Shown here: positions 27,678 to 41,157 of the stretch, one piece after another
Numbering within the stretch: position 1 is the first letter of the stretch
How the letters are laid out: every line of letters begins with the position of its first letter
From: Iphione sp. A-MEVVRFRX5
Taxonomy: Eukaryota
Length of the DNA stretch: 64,000 nt
NCBI GenBank assembly: GCA_976226885.1
Contig: OZ320316.1
Coordinates: forward strand, 66,092,001-66,156,000
Direction: 5' to 3'
The notes under the pieces: model-generated
Told to the model about the DNA's origin: nothing
The model's database searches: none
Seen by the model: only the letters and a program-made list of their open reading frames with translations
Made by a program: the position numbers and the translations under genes

Positions 27678-30600
27678 AATGTACATTAATGTACAGGTAT
27701 GTACATTAAAGACGTTTCTTCGAGCTCTGTTTACCTGCTATCATCGACATCATCCCAGGAGAAATATACATGTAACTGTCGGTACTGTTAGACATAACCT
27801 CTCTTTGCGAGAGCAGATCGCAAATGTAAGTGAACGAGCCTTCTCATAAGATGCTTAAGGTGTATTCGTTTTACTTAGTTTAGTCTGTGTAGAGAATCGC
27901 TAATTAACCGAAAACGAAACAAAAATTCTTATTCAACATTGTAAATTTGACGAAACTAAGCAACATGGTATTCTCTTTGATAGCCAGAAGCAGTCTAGAA
28001 CTGTTGTCTTCAGTTATTTGCCTTCAGATTAGGGTCTTTGATCTCAGTATTTAAAAAAAGTTCTCAGAGGCAGAGTCGATAACTCGGTGGCTGGTCGATA
28101 AGACGTGAATTATGAAGTAAATTGAACGGAGTATAGCAGGGAAAAGAGCCACAGAATTCCTGTCGAGCACACCCGCGCCGTAAGGGAGTTCCCACATTTT
28201 TCACAATACCCTCCTGAGAAAGTCAACACGTTTTTTTCCCTTAAAGGATAGCTAGATTTTCGTTTCGGACGTTGGCTGCTGAGAGTGAATAATTTTTTTC
28301 ACGTACGTTTAAAAGTCGTGTTCCAATAATGGTACTCTGGAGTAAAATTATTGATTAGTCCTCTTTCTCACTCATATTGTCGTCTTCGCACCACTGAAGT
28401 TGTACATTTAACTAGCAAGGCTTTGAAGATAGACGTCTAGTTCATACCATTATTTGGTTATTGCGTCCGTCGCTATGTATTGATTTGTCATAGTTCAGCG
28501 ATGTAATTTGATGATACTTCAGATGTTGAAGAGGTAGCTCCATCCAGGAGAGTTCCTTTTGTAATCCGCGTTTCCTGCTGTAAGGCGATTTTAATCTGCT
28601 GTATACTATGATCATCCTAAATTGGCTCAAACTTGATTTTTCGGATGCACTAATGGAAAATTGAAAGCAGTTGTTTTCACTCTCACGGTAATAAACTGTG
28701 ATTGGTGCGGCTTCCTTCAACCTTGTAAGCTACACAAAGTGTTTGAATGTTTCCGACAGTACTCAAGATAATTTAGACTGCGGATGAATTAGGAATGCTA
28801 CTTTCGTATATTATTTGACAAACTGATGTATACATTGTTATTAAAATGCGAGGTAAAAATCTGTGGTCCCGTCTTAACAAAGTGAAAGAAGAAATAACTA
28901 CCCATCTTTGTATGATCATAAGCGGTCATAGTCTACACTATAATAGGTCATAATTGTATGAATTACCAGCCAGTCGTTAGTGACAATTTGACCTTCAGGT
29001 GCAAGAAGCTCTCTATCTATGCGGATGTTACAAAATTAAAAGAGACCATGGTTGGCACCAGGAGGAAATCACCAAAGAAGCAAGGGCACTAGTGCGGTTC
29101 TGGACTTACGTAGCAAGGAGAGGTAGTCCGACTGTGCGTTATACGTCATATTTAATATTAAGCATCTTGTTTTTTGTAGGATGGTAGTCATATTTAATAT
29201 TCGACGTCTTGTTTTTATAGACAAAATGTTTTATAGGACGGTAGCGGAAGTCAGCTTGCATCCAGATCACTCTCTTCTGGTTGTTGAGTTCTAGTGCCAG
29301 TGTGTCGCGAAATATGGCTGACGCCCACAAAGGAAAGCTTTTGGGGTTTAATCAGGCTTGAATTATATTGTTGGAGAGGCCACTAGGAAAGAATAATTTA
29401 CGGCATCCCAGTCAATAAAATTCTTTTTTAATGCCCTCCTCAACCGGTAGTTGAGACCATGTGAGCAACATGCAGAAAATTCAAATTCTGGTTGAATGCC
29501 CAGTGTTGAAACAGCTTATAAGAGTGGGGCTGATTAGAAAAGACCTAAAACGAATGATTAACTGGGAGGTATGGGTCGCGTCTCGGGAGTGCGAGAGTGT
29601 AGGTATTCAATTCGTTGGTAATTTTGTTTTGTCTCCGCGAATGAACATTAAAAGGACGTCAGTATGATTATGAACGCATAGATTGCACCGACGGTCCCAT
29701 TATCTCTCACATACCGAATAGGTTAATAAATTTGGCTTTTCTTTTCATTAGGCGCATTTCTTTTCCAGGAGTGGCTTCCTATATGCCTACGAGGTAATCT
29801 GTTATTCCTGGTTACGTGCCTTGTGTATAGTGCAGAGACCCATGGTCTGTTTCCTTGGACGTCACAACTGATCATGGACTACTCTTGGGTGTTAGACAAG
29901 GACAGATCAGTACCATTCACTGCCAGCCATCTGATGACAGTCCCTAGGAGATGACGTGCCCGCTCTTTGTGGCCGTCAGTTACATTTAGCATCGGCTCTA
30001 TCCCGGACCGCCCAAGCTGATATGCTCATGCTCTGTTTGCCCGGGGGTCGGCGATCTGTGCTGACTCCCAACAGTGGGCAGGGGCTGAGTTATGGCCGCC
30101 AGGGTCGCACCATCTCCCGACGCCCCTCTGCCACCACCGCAGCCGCCGCCACGCCCACGGTACTGGGCACTGGTCTTTTGTTTAATGCCCGCTGTGATAT
30201 ACCCACTGACCTCGCCTCCTCCATCACGTCCTGTGCCACAGCCTGAAAGCACAACACACCCATCGGCGTCGGCAAGGCTCTCCACCACATTGTGCAAACA
30301 GTCGGGTGGGGTAGCTGATCCCCTCCCCACCCCCCACCCTCATCTCACCGCCTCCAACTGCCTGCGACCGAGAGGCGAACGACTTCAGAGGGCCTCTTCT
30401 CCCCCTCCATGAGCATGCCCTGTAGACCTCCACAAGGGCCATAGCCATACCTCACAACCACGCACGTACAAACTCCTCCGCCATACACATAACGTCTTCA
30501 AAGTAGGTTTAAGCAAGGCTTGTTTCAGTCAAGCGACCCGCAGGCAAAAGTCTTGTATTTGTTAATGTGAAGCAGCAGGGCGGTATGCCGCTAATAGAGG

Positions 30601-33600
30601 ACCTCGGCAGCTCTTTATGTCCAGATTGATGGAGCCTTTGCATGTAACCCTCTACAAATAGGCAGATTATTCCCAAGAGTCAGAGTAAGATTTCTAGTTT
30701 TGACTCTCTGTTTTGATAGCAGAGAGAACGAAGCTGTTTCAACAGCATGTGTTTTTGGTTACAGTAGCAGTGGCAAAGGTCATCTGACAATATAACCAGA
30801 AGGGAGCTGCAACAAGAGCCAGTGCTCCAGCTGCATGAATATTTTAAAAGTTAGGAAAGGAGCAACACATTACCAGGAAGTAGAAGTGGCGCTATATGAC
30901 GCATCAGGTTACAGGGCATCATTCGACGTCATGTTCTTTTTTGTAAAACATACTACCAAGATGAATTCAGGAGGTGGAATACTAAAGTGTGTAAGAGATT
31001 ATGCGTTGGAACAGTCGTGGGCAGATTTACTCAGAGAAACGTTCGTCTGGAAGAATTATGAATGTGATGGACTACTTATTGTACCATCGACGTTGCGGAT
31101 TCCAGAGTCAGGAAACTAGATTGTCCCGTCGGGTAAAGAGAGGAAAGTGCCTTTACCACGCACAGCTCTTTTTCTGGGGGGCAAATAAACAATGAGTCTA
31201 GTCATGCGACCGATGTCACGACAGCTACAGGTCCTTGAAAAACTTGCGAGTCTAAGAAGCATGAAAAAGAAACACCCAAACAGTCACATGAAATGCCCAT
31301 TATGTTTTGTTGTTGCCGTGCATGGATGCAACTTTTCCTGTTTTCCATGTAGAGAATCTGTGGTAAGTTGATCATTGTGATCAGAAAACACCATTAACGA
31401 AACTTGTTTTATATGGCAAAGGAAACAAAGCTCTACTTTGATCGAACAATTTGTCTGGTAGACGCAGGCAGTGTCTGAGGATACCGCGTTGCACATGCTA
31501 TCAATGGGATGATTTGTGATCGTTTTGTCACTATTATTATAACCTTGCTGGGCGGGGAGATAATCCAACATTCATAGGAAAACATGAAACAATATTTCCC
31601 ACCGCCCGTACCCGTTTAGCCTGTTTTGTTACTATTTTGAACAAAAGAAAAGCTTGCTTTGTAGCGGTTATTTTTGCAACTTAAAATTATCCTCCCCTCC
31701 AATAATATTACTGTAGAGGTTTAACCATGTATAACCGATATATAAATATATATATACATATCACTCAGGAGAAGAATTTACCAATTAGCCCTATCTACCG
31801 ACCAAGACAGAGAAACAGTAGAAAGAAGGTCGTAGCAGTCACAAAAGTACATCAGTACTTAGGGTAGGGTATTTTAGTATGACATTGATAGAGGAGAGCC
31901 AAATAAATGGGAATATACATAATATGTATCTCTAAGAAATACCAGCATGAGTGCCAGAAGGCAGATGGCCTACAGACCCAGACCACGCAAGGATAGATGT
32001 AAGCAGTCATTTCAGTATACATGTACATTTGAACATCTATAGTATAATGATGTAACAGTAGCTGAAACAAAACTCTCTAGCAAGGAATTTAGAGCGATGC
32101 TGAAAATAAAAGAGAAGGCAATGCCTGGTGAAGACGGACTTCTTGGTGCCATAGGCAGTAATCAGCTCCCTACCCACTAAAGGTATAGGGCGTTACCCTT
32201 GAACGATGTTTTTGCTGGCTGTTAGTATATTGATATAACCAGGGATGCATGGTGTTACCCTGGCCCGCAATAGGAAATTGAAGGAACACGGTGTTACCCT
32301 CGAGCACAATATCTTAGTTAGCCTACCTGATGTACAGGGCGCTGCCCTTGTAACATAGGTAGTATCAAGACATATTTACTAACAGTTTGCTATATAGCTA
32401 GCTATCAATAATTAAACTCTCTCATCTGTATATAACATACCGAGACATTTGTTAGTACGTATTGGATTCCAGTATACATGTACATGCATATATACATGTA
32501 AAATCTTTCCAGTGAAAATAAAAATTAAAAAAAAAATGTTGGGGATGTACACGGCTTGTAGTCACATGTATGCTCTAAGGTTAGGACTGGCCGTGGTATT
32601 TTACAGGCGGCACAGATCGAGTTATTTCCATGAGCATTAAAAACCCGTCAGAGATGGTTCTGTCCCTAGGTTTAACGGTGCATTCTCGAAGGGTTTAGCA
32701 AGTATGACACCAATTTGGTAGCGTAGGCTTTAAGGCTAAACCGATTGGCCTGTCGTGAGAGAATTGACCGAAGTGCCAAACTGCAACCGGAGGTAGTTTG
32801 AAGCTATAGTTGTTTACTGCATATGCATATCCTGCTGATATGATCAGGTCCCTTCGTGGAAGACTCGCCCGTGCATCAGTTTTCTAACCAGGATGACTTA
32901 TATAGGAATCCGTTTGGTTCTAGCCGATAGCAACAGTCCCGCTCCTCCGTTTCTCCTGCATGCATCGATAGTGTTGCGGTGGTGGGGGTGCGGCCGGGCT
33001 TCCAAACCCCCCACCCACCCACACCTCTGCCGCTTTTTTTTCGATTGGGATGAGGAGGTAATGCAGCCATCAGGATGTCCGCCATTGCCAATAGCATCCT
33101 GCCATCTCGACAATTTTCCCACGATCTAGTCCATGCAAGTTACTTCTCTGAGCAACCTCTTGGGCAAGGAACGATTGCGTGAAGTTTTTCAGGAGGCCGT
33201 CAGTTGATATGTGAAGGGTCTGCATGCCACCTTCTTCCTACTTCGCAGTCTTTTAAGACGCCATTTTGTGGAATTACGCGCACCTGTCATTCTGGAGATG
33301 GCCAGCCTGAAGGAGCGAGAATTACAGAATGTGCGGAGATCCTACAATCACGATACTACAAGTGACCCAGCGCAGGTTTAACCAGTTTAGGAAACGACGC
33401 ACATCAGTTTTAGTAACTAGAAATTTTTCTAAATTTTCATGACCCATACACGGACGGAAAGCCTCCGTTTCTGTGAAGGTGCTCTTCTTCCGACAGGAAC
33501 CGTACAAGGCCTGCGTTCGGGAACTCTCTCCAAGGCTCTAAATCATCCAGATGGTCATTTCGTCTTGTAGAAGGACCGATCGCTGCTAGTCGTGCTCAGT

Positions 33601-36600
33601 CCAAATGGTCCTTAGCACTCACTCACCAGTTCCCTCGGTAGTCCTCACCGTGTCGCGGAAAATGTACGGTTGTGTTTTCTGTACGTGTTGGTATATAAAT
33701 GTGTATTTCTTCCACGTACGCCTGTAGGGCGCAGCACATAAATAAATGTCGGTCGTGGTTTTTTTCCCTTCTGCGTCCTCTTTAGCTCATGTGGTTCCTT
33801 GGCTGCCTGAGTGTCTCAAGAGTCTCTACCTTGCCCCTCTCTGTGTACGTGTGTGGAACTCCTACTTACCTCCAGGATATCCCGTCAACGTACACAGCTT
33901 CATACTCCTATACCTATAGTGTTCGTTGTCATCCCTTTGGTTTGGGTTTTCTAATATATTTCAGTCCCCACTTTGGTTATTTACTAGTGCATTATGTATG
34001 CCTTTTGCATTATGAAATAGGAAAAGAAATGGAGACCCGGTCTTTGAGACCCAAGTAGGTGCAGCACAGTGTTTTGATTCTTTTTTATCAGCTAGGATCT
34101 TGTTAGTTTCATAATGTCATCTACAATTTGCGATAGTATGGAATCTCCCTGTCCATGTTGATGTGTCGTGAAAAATGATGCCCCCCATGGCAGTTAGCCC
34201 TGGGCGGAGTCGGTCGAAGCACTCGGAGTGTGGTGAGTAGCACCAATCCCTCCGCCTGAAGCGCTGCCTCCCACCCCCACCCCCACCCCCAATGGATCAG
34301 CGTCCCACCGCGGAAGCGTGAATCTTCGCCAGTAACCCTATCAGAGCCGTCGTGTCCGGCGATGAATCTGTTTTAGCCGGATAAATATCGCATCACCAGC
34401 GGCCGCCACCGCCCGCATTGGGCCTCGGGGGAAAGGAATGAGAGAGAAAGGAGATAGGAAGGGAGAGGAGCAGGAGAGCATTCACGACGATCGCCGGCGT
34501 CTGTGAATGCACCTACCGCAGGGAGCTGTGTTACTATGTGGGACAAAGTGCCGTTAGGTGGCAGGTTGTTACATTTATATGTATTAAACAGGAGCTTGAA
34601 ACCTTTAAGGGTATTCCACCTGTTCTATTCCCGCGCAGGCATAACGCCACATTTGACACCAGACCGGCGTTGATGTAGAAGTATTAATGTGAAGATTCCT
34701 CCGCTGTCGTGCACATTTAAAGAAAATCGGGTCTGGAGATGCTATCAAGACCCAACCATGTAGGTACGAAAAGCTTTTTTTTACGATTCTCCAGATGTAC
34801 ATTTGGACCTGTGAGATAAAAGACATAAAAGGCACACGGGAATTAGAGGTGGAAGAGGTCGCTAAGAAAAACGAGCTCCTCGCTTTAAAGTTAAGAAAAT
34901 ACGGGCGCGAAGGAGGAATGGGGTACATTGTCCCGGAGTCAGCAGGGGCAGTCCTCTCATTCTCTGACTATAATAACAGGTTCCTTCGTCTGGCAGCACC
35001 GATATAACGGCTTTAAGTGGCTGGCTACATTCCACGGGTAGCTCAGGCCGCTCTGAATTCTCCCTTCCATTGAAAAGATGACATGAGGGTAGTCTTCAGA
35101 CGCTGACCTCGAGTTTGTTGATGCTACTACATGTACACGTACACACGTATAGCCAGTAGCGTGTGGATCTAAGAAAACATTGGCATATTTGTAAAAAAAA
35201 ATCTTACTTGGAAAAAACCCACTAAAATCCCTAACACGTTAGAAAAAATGTAGATAAACAGCGCTGGAGTCTGACAGCTTGGAAGTACCGTCCAAAACAC
35301 GCAAAGTACACTACCGCCATAGAATAGCACAAAGTTATTTCCTACCGTGAAGTGCATGTAAGGTGTGGTGTGTTTCGGTTTAAACTTGAGCGGCCGTTTC
35401 AAGATGGTAAATTGTGCTCGCAGATAGAAATAGTGAAATATATATAAGATCTGGAAATAGTAGCTGTATGATTTGTTAGGTTCTGAATGTAAAACAGACA
35501 TTATTCTGCCGTGAGTTTTGACATCAGGAAACTCGGTGTGTGTTGCTTTAGAATGCAGTGTGTAGACAGGCGTCCATCGATCAACTGAGAACAGGCTTGT
35601 CACTTGTCATGCATATAGGTCTCCTTTATGATTGCCTGGATCTTAGGGATCCGTCTAATAAAGAGAGGCTTCCGTGATAAGAATACTGAAGCCATCCTTG
35701 CAACACAAGCAGTCTATGCATCCATGGAGTGGAGAGTTCTCGATAGAATCCTTGCCTGGAGATAAGACGGAATCAGTGTAGGCGTTATCAATTGTCTCAA
35801 CGTCATATCCCGACAGTCAGAAGTCAACTTCCATTACCACTTGTTTTCGCCGCCGTTCGTGAGCAGGATATCTTTACATCTGTTTATCTTTTGCTCCCTC
35901 CAGTATGACTTATTTCTGTAACTTGCTCAAGCAGCTGGGGCAAATAACAGCAAACAATATTAACTTGTCACCCATCTTTGCAGCGCCAGTGTCACAGAAT
36001 CTGTCGGAGTTAATTTTTCCCTTCGCCTGAGAGAATCTGACGGATTTGAATGTGATGAGATTTAATAACGAGTAAGGAAAGGCAAATTGCATAAATAAAA
36101 GACACCCGACTTTTCTATGTTAGAATGTCGCAATAGAAGATTCCAAATCGCATACGAAATTGCGAGAAAGGTCAGCACGGAATAAAGATATATGACGGAC
36201 TTAAAATGATAGCACTTGAACCTTTTCCGATAATGTTTAGAAAATGATTCATTTACTTATTTCGCACAAGGAAAAACGAGAAAAGGTTGTCATTTTTTAG
36301 CCTTCGTGGAAGTAAAGCTTCAAGGAAATATTTCCATGTTTTATCTTGACACTGCCCCAGCGCGAATCCAGCATATTGGCAGAATACACACTAGGATCAT
36401 TGGGGTACCTTTGGATACTTTCCAAGCAGAGTTGAACTCTATTCTCCTGCTGTTGTCTCTACCGTCTGTATAGAATTTTTCTATCCGCTTCATTTGCAGA
36501 CTGTATCTGTACCGAATCTCTGACCTTTAAGCATCCCATCAAATTCCCTGTAGGACTATATGAAACCAATTAAAGGTGCTGGCCACCTGCTGTCGGCTAC

Positions 36601-36791
36601 GGTGCTTTACACCTGTGACATTTAGTTTCCCTTCACAATACAGCGCCTTTCTGAGGAAATCTCATCTGGGCATTGTTGAGCTGTTGCATTTCGTGTTTCG
36701 ACTGATTTAAAAATGTATTAAATACTGCTTCGCGACGTTTCGTGCATTGTCTTTGTCCTATTTTGAAGTCTGTAATTTTGCTTAATTTCAG

Positions 36792-36887
36792 GATGAAGTT
36801 TTGACAGTAATTCGTCGAGTTGACGACAACTGGGCAGAGGGAAAGCTCGGGGATCGAATAGGCATATTTCCCATTTCCTTCGTGGAA
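36792..36887 (+). CDS. SH3RF1: SH3RF exon: SH3-2 ([32 protein letters not shown])
   Basis: tttcag acceptor, gtaagt donor; 96 nt, phase 0/0. Confidence 0.95.
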
Positions 36888-37010
36888 GTAAGTATGTCGT
36901 ATCCGCAAGGATAGATAAAAGATACTGATAAATATGCGTTATTTGTACCTACTCGGTCCATCAATATCGACTGCTTTCCATGTACATTCTCGTGCTGTTT
37001 TGTATTGCAG

Positions 37011-37057
37011 ATGAATGATTCGGCAAAATGGCTCATCAACAACCAGACGCAAATCAA
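37011..37057 (+). CDS. SH3RF1: SH3RF small exon (MNDSAKWLINNQTQI-N)
   Basis: ttgcag acceptor, gtaggt donor; resembles the POSH segment FNSAAKQLI; phase 2 joins 37670. Confidence 0.85.
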
Positions 37058-37075
37058 GTAGGTACACGTTCGGAA

Positions 37076-37252
37076 NNNNNNNNNNNNNNNNNNNNNNNNN
37101 NNNNNNNNNNNNNNNNNNNNNNNNNNNNNNNNNNNNNNNNNNNNNNNNNNNNNNNNNNNNNNNNNNNNNNNNNNNNNNNNNNNNNNNNNNNNNNNNNNNN
37201 NNNNNNNNNNNNNNNNNNNNNNNNNNNNNNNNNNNNNNNNNNNNNNNNNNNN
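37076..37252. other. Assembly gap (N)
   Basis: N run just downstream of SH3RF exon 37011-37057. Confidence 1.
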
Positions 37253-37669
37253 AGATGTGTCTGATCTCTCATGCGATCTTTGTGATGTTGTACACACTGA
37301 ATAGGATAACATATCTGCTGATAGTATTTACAGCGAGTGGTGGATAATCGCAAAATATCGTTGCACGATATTGCTGAAAAGGGCATATACCGTATATTCC
37401 TTTAATATCGAGTTGATTGTGCTGTTCTAACGTTTCGTGGCAACTGGGAAACGCTCATGTGAATGAGCGCGATAGATGCTCTTAGTAGAGTATTTATGCA
37501 TATTAGCGGTCCACACAGTATTTGCTTCCGCAATAGGTAAACACGGTCATTGTTGGTCGAGGCCTGCTGTTGAAGTGGTAAACGCCCATCAGTTGTGAGC
37601 GACTGGTTAATTGAAAAGGATGGTTTTTAAAGGACAGCTTCTTATCGGTTTTGCCCATCCTTTTTTCAG

Positions 37670-38153
37670 TGCTCGCCCAAATGCCGTAGCCACACCCACC
37701 GTGGCCTCCAGTTCGGGTCAAAGCCCCCTCGCCAACAGCACCAACAACAACGACCCGCCAGGGGGCGGTACCGGCAGTGGCGGCGGCAGCAGCGGCGGTA
37801 GCTCACCTCCCAGCGGTGGTAGCGGCGGTGGTGGAAGCGGCGGCGGCGGCGGCGGTGGTGGACTGGCACTGTCTGTCCTTTCCAACCCGACGGTAGCGGC
37901 CGTCCAGCGGGTTGCTGGCCAGAAGCGACATTCGCTCACCTGCATCTCCTCGCACAAGGTGGCGCCAGCGGCGACCACCGCCCATCACCGCCACTCGATG
38001 GAGCTGTCGTCGGGCAACCTGGCGCTCGTGCCGCTCGTCACTGTGTCTTCAACGTTGTCCTCTACCTCTTCCACGTCGTTGACAACGACGACTACAGCCG
38101 GGATGGCGTCCAGCAACGTTCTCGCCCCAACGCCGAAGCATCACTCATGTCAG
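37670..38153 (+). CDS. SH3RF1: SH3RF exon: Gly/Ser/Thr-rich linker with QKRHSLT and HRHSMELS motifs
   Basis: ttttttcag acceptor, gtgagt donor; open frame (ORF 37611-38264) containing POSH-like motifs. Confidence 0.9.
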
Positions 38154-38665
38154 GTGAGTCAACAGAAAGGTTTTTGTAAATTCAAGTTAACTATGATCGC
38201 CCTGCCATACGTTATAGTACAAGTAATAAGTGCAGCGCAAGTTTCTTATGGACTCGGGGGCTAATTGTTAGATGCGGAGGGTGCAGTGCATAAGCCACAT
38301 TTTATCGTATGTAACATAACTAATAGACCCCGAAGAAGGCAAAATCATTGTCTGAAATGTTGGGAATTAAAAACAACAAAAACCTGATACGCCGAGTTGT
38401 GTTGGTGTGTTCATTTACCATTAAGACCATAACCAATATTTGTATAAGCGCTGACTGATATTGGCTCAGATTAACCGCATTTATAAACAGATTTGTGTGT
38501 ATTTTTTGAGTGTTCACGGTTGCATCACAGTAGTAGGATGTTAGCCACGTTTACAGAGATTTGTGTGTAATGGTATGTAGATTTGATATGGAGACAGTTG
38601 TAACTTGATATAATAATACTAGTATGGTGGTAAAGTTTGACGCTCATGTTCTGATCCCATCGCAG

Positions 38666-38745
38666 TTGGTGGCCGCAGGGAGCAGCTCACACGAGGCAAA
38701 CAACACCACATCGAGTGGACACATGGGTCCTGCTAGCCTTATACT
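38666..38745 (+). CDS. SH3RF1: SH3RF exon (LVAAGSSSHEANNTTSSGHMGPASLI-L)
   Basis: cccatcgcag acceptor, gtacgt donor; supplies the phase 0 to phase 2 bridge needed between 38153 and 42220. Confidence 0.75.
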
Positions 38746-39809
38746 GTACGTACTCCCATATGATCTGGTAATGAAAAGGAGACTTACTGAAGTATAGTAC
38801 ACCTAACCAGCGTTAAAAATGAATATTTGTCATTACAAACATCGTGTAGGCTTAATTTTCATGCACCCGTGTATCCATGTATCTTGTTTTCGTCTGTGTT
38901 TCCACCATGAAAAGTTAGCATCTTGCTAATTAGTGGATTACATGAATTGCCACTGAAATGTGGTCACAACGGAACCGGCGATCCCTTCAAGCTATTGATG
39001 ATGCTAAACACACCAACTGTGACTTTAGTACCAGCATAGGACACTAGGTGTCTCCCTGAGATACAGGCCAGTGGTGCCACCACAGTCAGCCATCTTAGTT
39101 TATGTCACTTTTAGTCTAGCAGTCACCCAGTTCAGACCTATCTTAGGGTTCTCATTTCTGTCACTGTTCTTTCTTTTTCTGTTCTGTTATCTGGTTAGGA
39201 TCATCAAAGGGAGTAATATTCTTCAGTTTTGGTGATTTGATCTACACTTTCAAGTAAGTTTTATCCTTGTTCAAGCATGGATTTGGCTTCCTCAGTCATG
39301 TCTATGCATGATAAGGTTGAGTAGCCTGGGCAGCAGAGGAAAGCCAAAAGATCCTCCGCCTCTGGGAGTAGATCTAAAAGGTCCAGACAGGACAGTAGTG
39401 CTGTGGGGGTAGAATGCTCCCACAGTACAAGTTCTGCTCACTGTTCCATGCATTCTGTTGCTGCCTGTGGGGACCTGGTACAACCTAGGTCACAGCCCAC
39501 TTCAGCCGGTGCGCCTTCAGCTGGCACCAGGGTCATTGACTCGACCACCAGTGCAACACCCGCCTCTGTGACAATGCTGGGCGCTTCAGCTGGCACCAGG
39601 GTCCTTCACTCAACCATCGGCACTACACTGGCCGCTGCTGGCAGGGGCATTCGCTTACACACCAGTGCGCTGTATGCTGCCAGTGCATTGGCTCCTGCCT
39701 CTGTGTTGGCTGATTCAGTCGGCACCAGCGTTTACAAATGCACCGACTGGGGTTGTTCGCTCGACCACCAGCACAGTGCTCGCCTCTGTGACAATGCTGG
39801 GCAGATAGT

Positions 39810-40191
39810 AGTGCAGTCTTGGGGGAGCCCAGACATTGATTTGTTTGCATCTCGGTTAAATTACAAAGTGGCTTTGTATGCTAGTTGGCATCCAGACCCG
39901 GGAGCCCTATTTATTGATGTTTTTTCTGGGGATTGGTCAGATTTCCAAATGCCTCATATTTGTCCTCCTTTCTTTTTGGTTCCCAGATGTATAGCCAAGC
40001 TGGTGCAGGATCGCCCCAGAGCTGGCATCTTGCTGATGCCGGCCTGGCCTCACCGGGTTTGGTTCAGCAGGTTGCTGCAGTTAACTCGGGCTCCGCTTCT
40101 CCTGTTCTGCAAGTCCAAATTCAATACGATAGACCATCTGGGTCAGCCGTCCAGTCTGGGGGCTATAAAAATTATGGCCCTTCTCTGCTGA
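39810..40191 (+). pseudogene. DIRS adenine-methyltransferase-like domain (WGSPDIDLFAS...PDPGALFIDVF...CPPFFLVPRCIAKL)
   Basis: DLFAS, PDP and (F)PPF-like motifs typical of the Dam-like domain at the end of DIRS1 pol. Confidence 0.75.
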
Positions 40192-40235
40192 ATGCAGTTC
40201 TGGAGGGAAAGGATTTTTCAGCCACCTCTAGAACT

Positions 40236-41116
40236 ATGATGTTGTGTTCTTGGCAGCCTAAGACATGGTTAGTATATGATACTTACCTCAAAAAATGGAA
40301 CACTTTGTCTTACCAGAAGGATTTGGATCCATTGCATCCTACTCTTAAACAGGGCATGCATTTTCTCATGACCATGTTTGACAGGGGTATCAGGTATAGC
40401 ACCTTGATCATGGCGAGGAGTACTCTCTCTGCAATTTTCCCTACGTTTGACGGGTTTGCATTTGGGAAGCATCCTTATGTTATGAGGCTTCTTACTGGTT
40501 TTTTCTATGTGGGACCTCCGGTTGCTCGAGTACATTATACTTGAGATGTGTCCAAGGTACTTGATTTCCTCAGGTTGTGGGAGCCTTTATCTACTTTGTC
40601 CCTGAAGAAGCTGACTCTTGAATGTAATATGCTGTTTCTCCAGACTATTTGTATTATTCAACTTTTGAATATTCATGACATTGGTGATGGATGTTTGCCG
40701 ATTGTGATTACCAAGACTCTGAAACAATCCAGGAAGGGCAGGTGTGCCTCAAAATTGAAGCTGATGCCTTTTGTAGCACAACCCAAAGTTTGTGTGTTGA
40801 GATGTCTTAAAGAGTACATCTCAAGAACAGTTACTTCCCATACCAATCAGGGAGATGATGCTCTTTTCATCTCTTATACTGATTTCATAAGTCAGTGTCC
40901 ACTGCCACTTTGGTGAGTTGGACGAAAGAGGTTATGGCGGTGTCAGGCATTAACACACAGGTGTTCTCCACACATTCCACTAGGTCAGCTTCGTATTCGA
41001 AGCTGGCTAGGATGGGAATGCCTTTGTCAGAGATTATGAAGAGGGGCATGTGGAGTCATGCCAATACCTTCAAGTTGTTTTATTTGAAGGATATTAGGGA
41101 GGGCGATCAGCAATAG
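40236..41116 (+). pseudogene. DIRS tyrosine recombinase, disrupted
   Basis: SAM-like N-terminal part (YDTYLKKW...ARSTLSA...GKHPYV), then HSTRSA, GMWS and LFY. In-frame TGA at 40542-40544 (YT*DV), a frameshift near 40890, and the first catalytic Arg segment appears deleted. Confidence 0.85.
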
Positions 41117-41157
41117 TCTGTTCAGTCATCCTCTGAGGCTTCAGGCTTTGAAGTCTT

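Noticed and set aside
33298-33375. ATG-initiated phase-0 segment (MASLKERELQ...PAQ|gtttaa) as an alternative first exon
   Set aside because: Weak donor, it would join in the middle of SH3-2, and there is no homology support.
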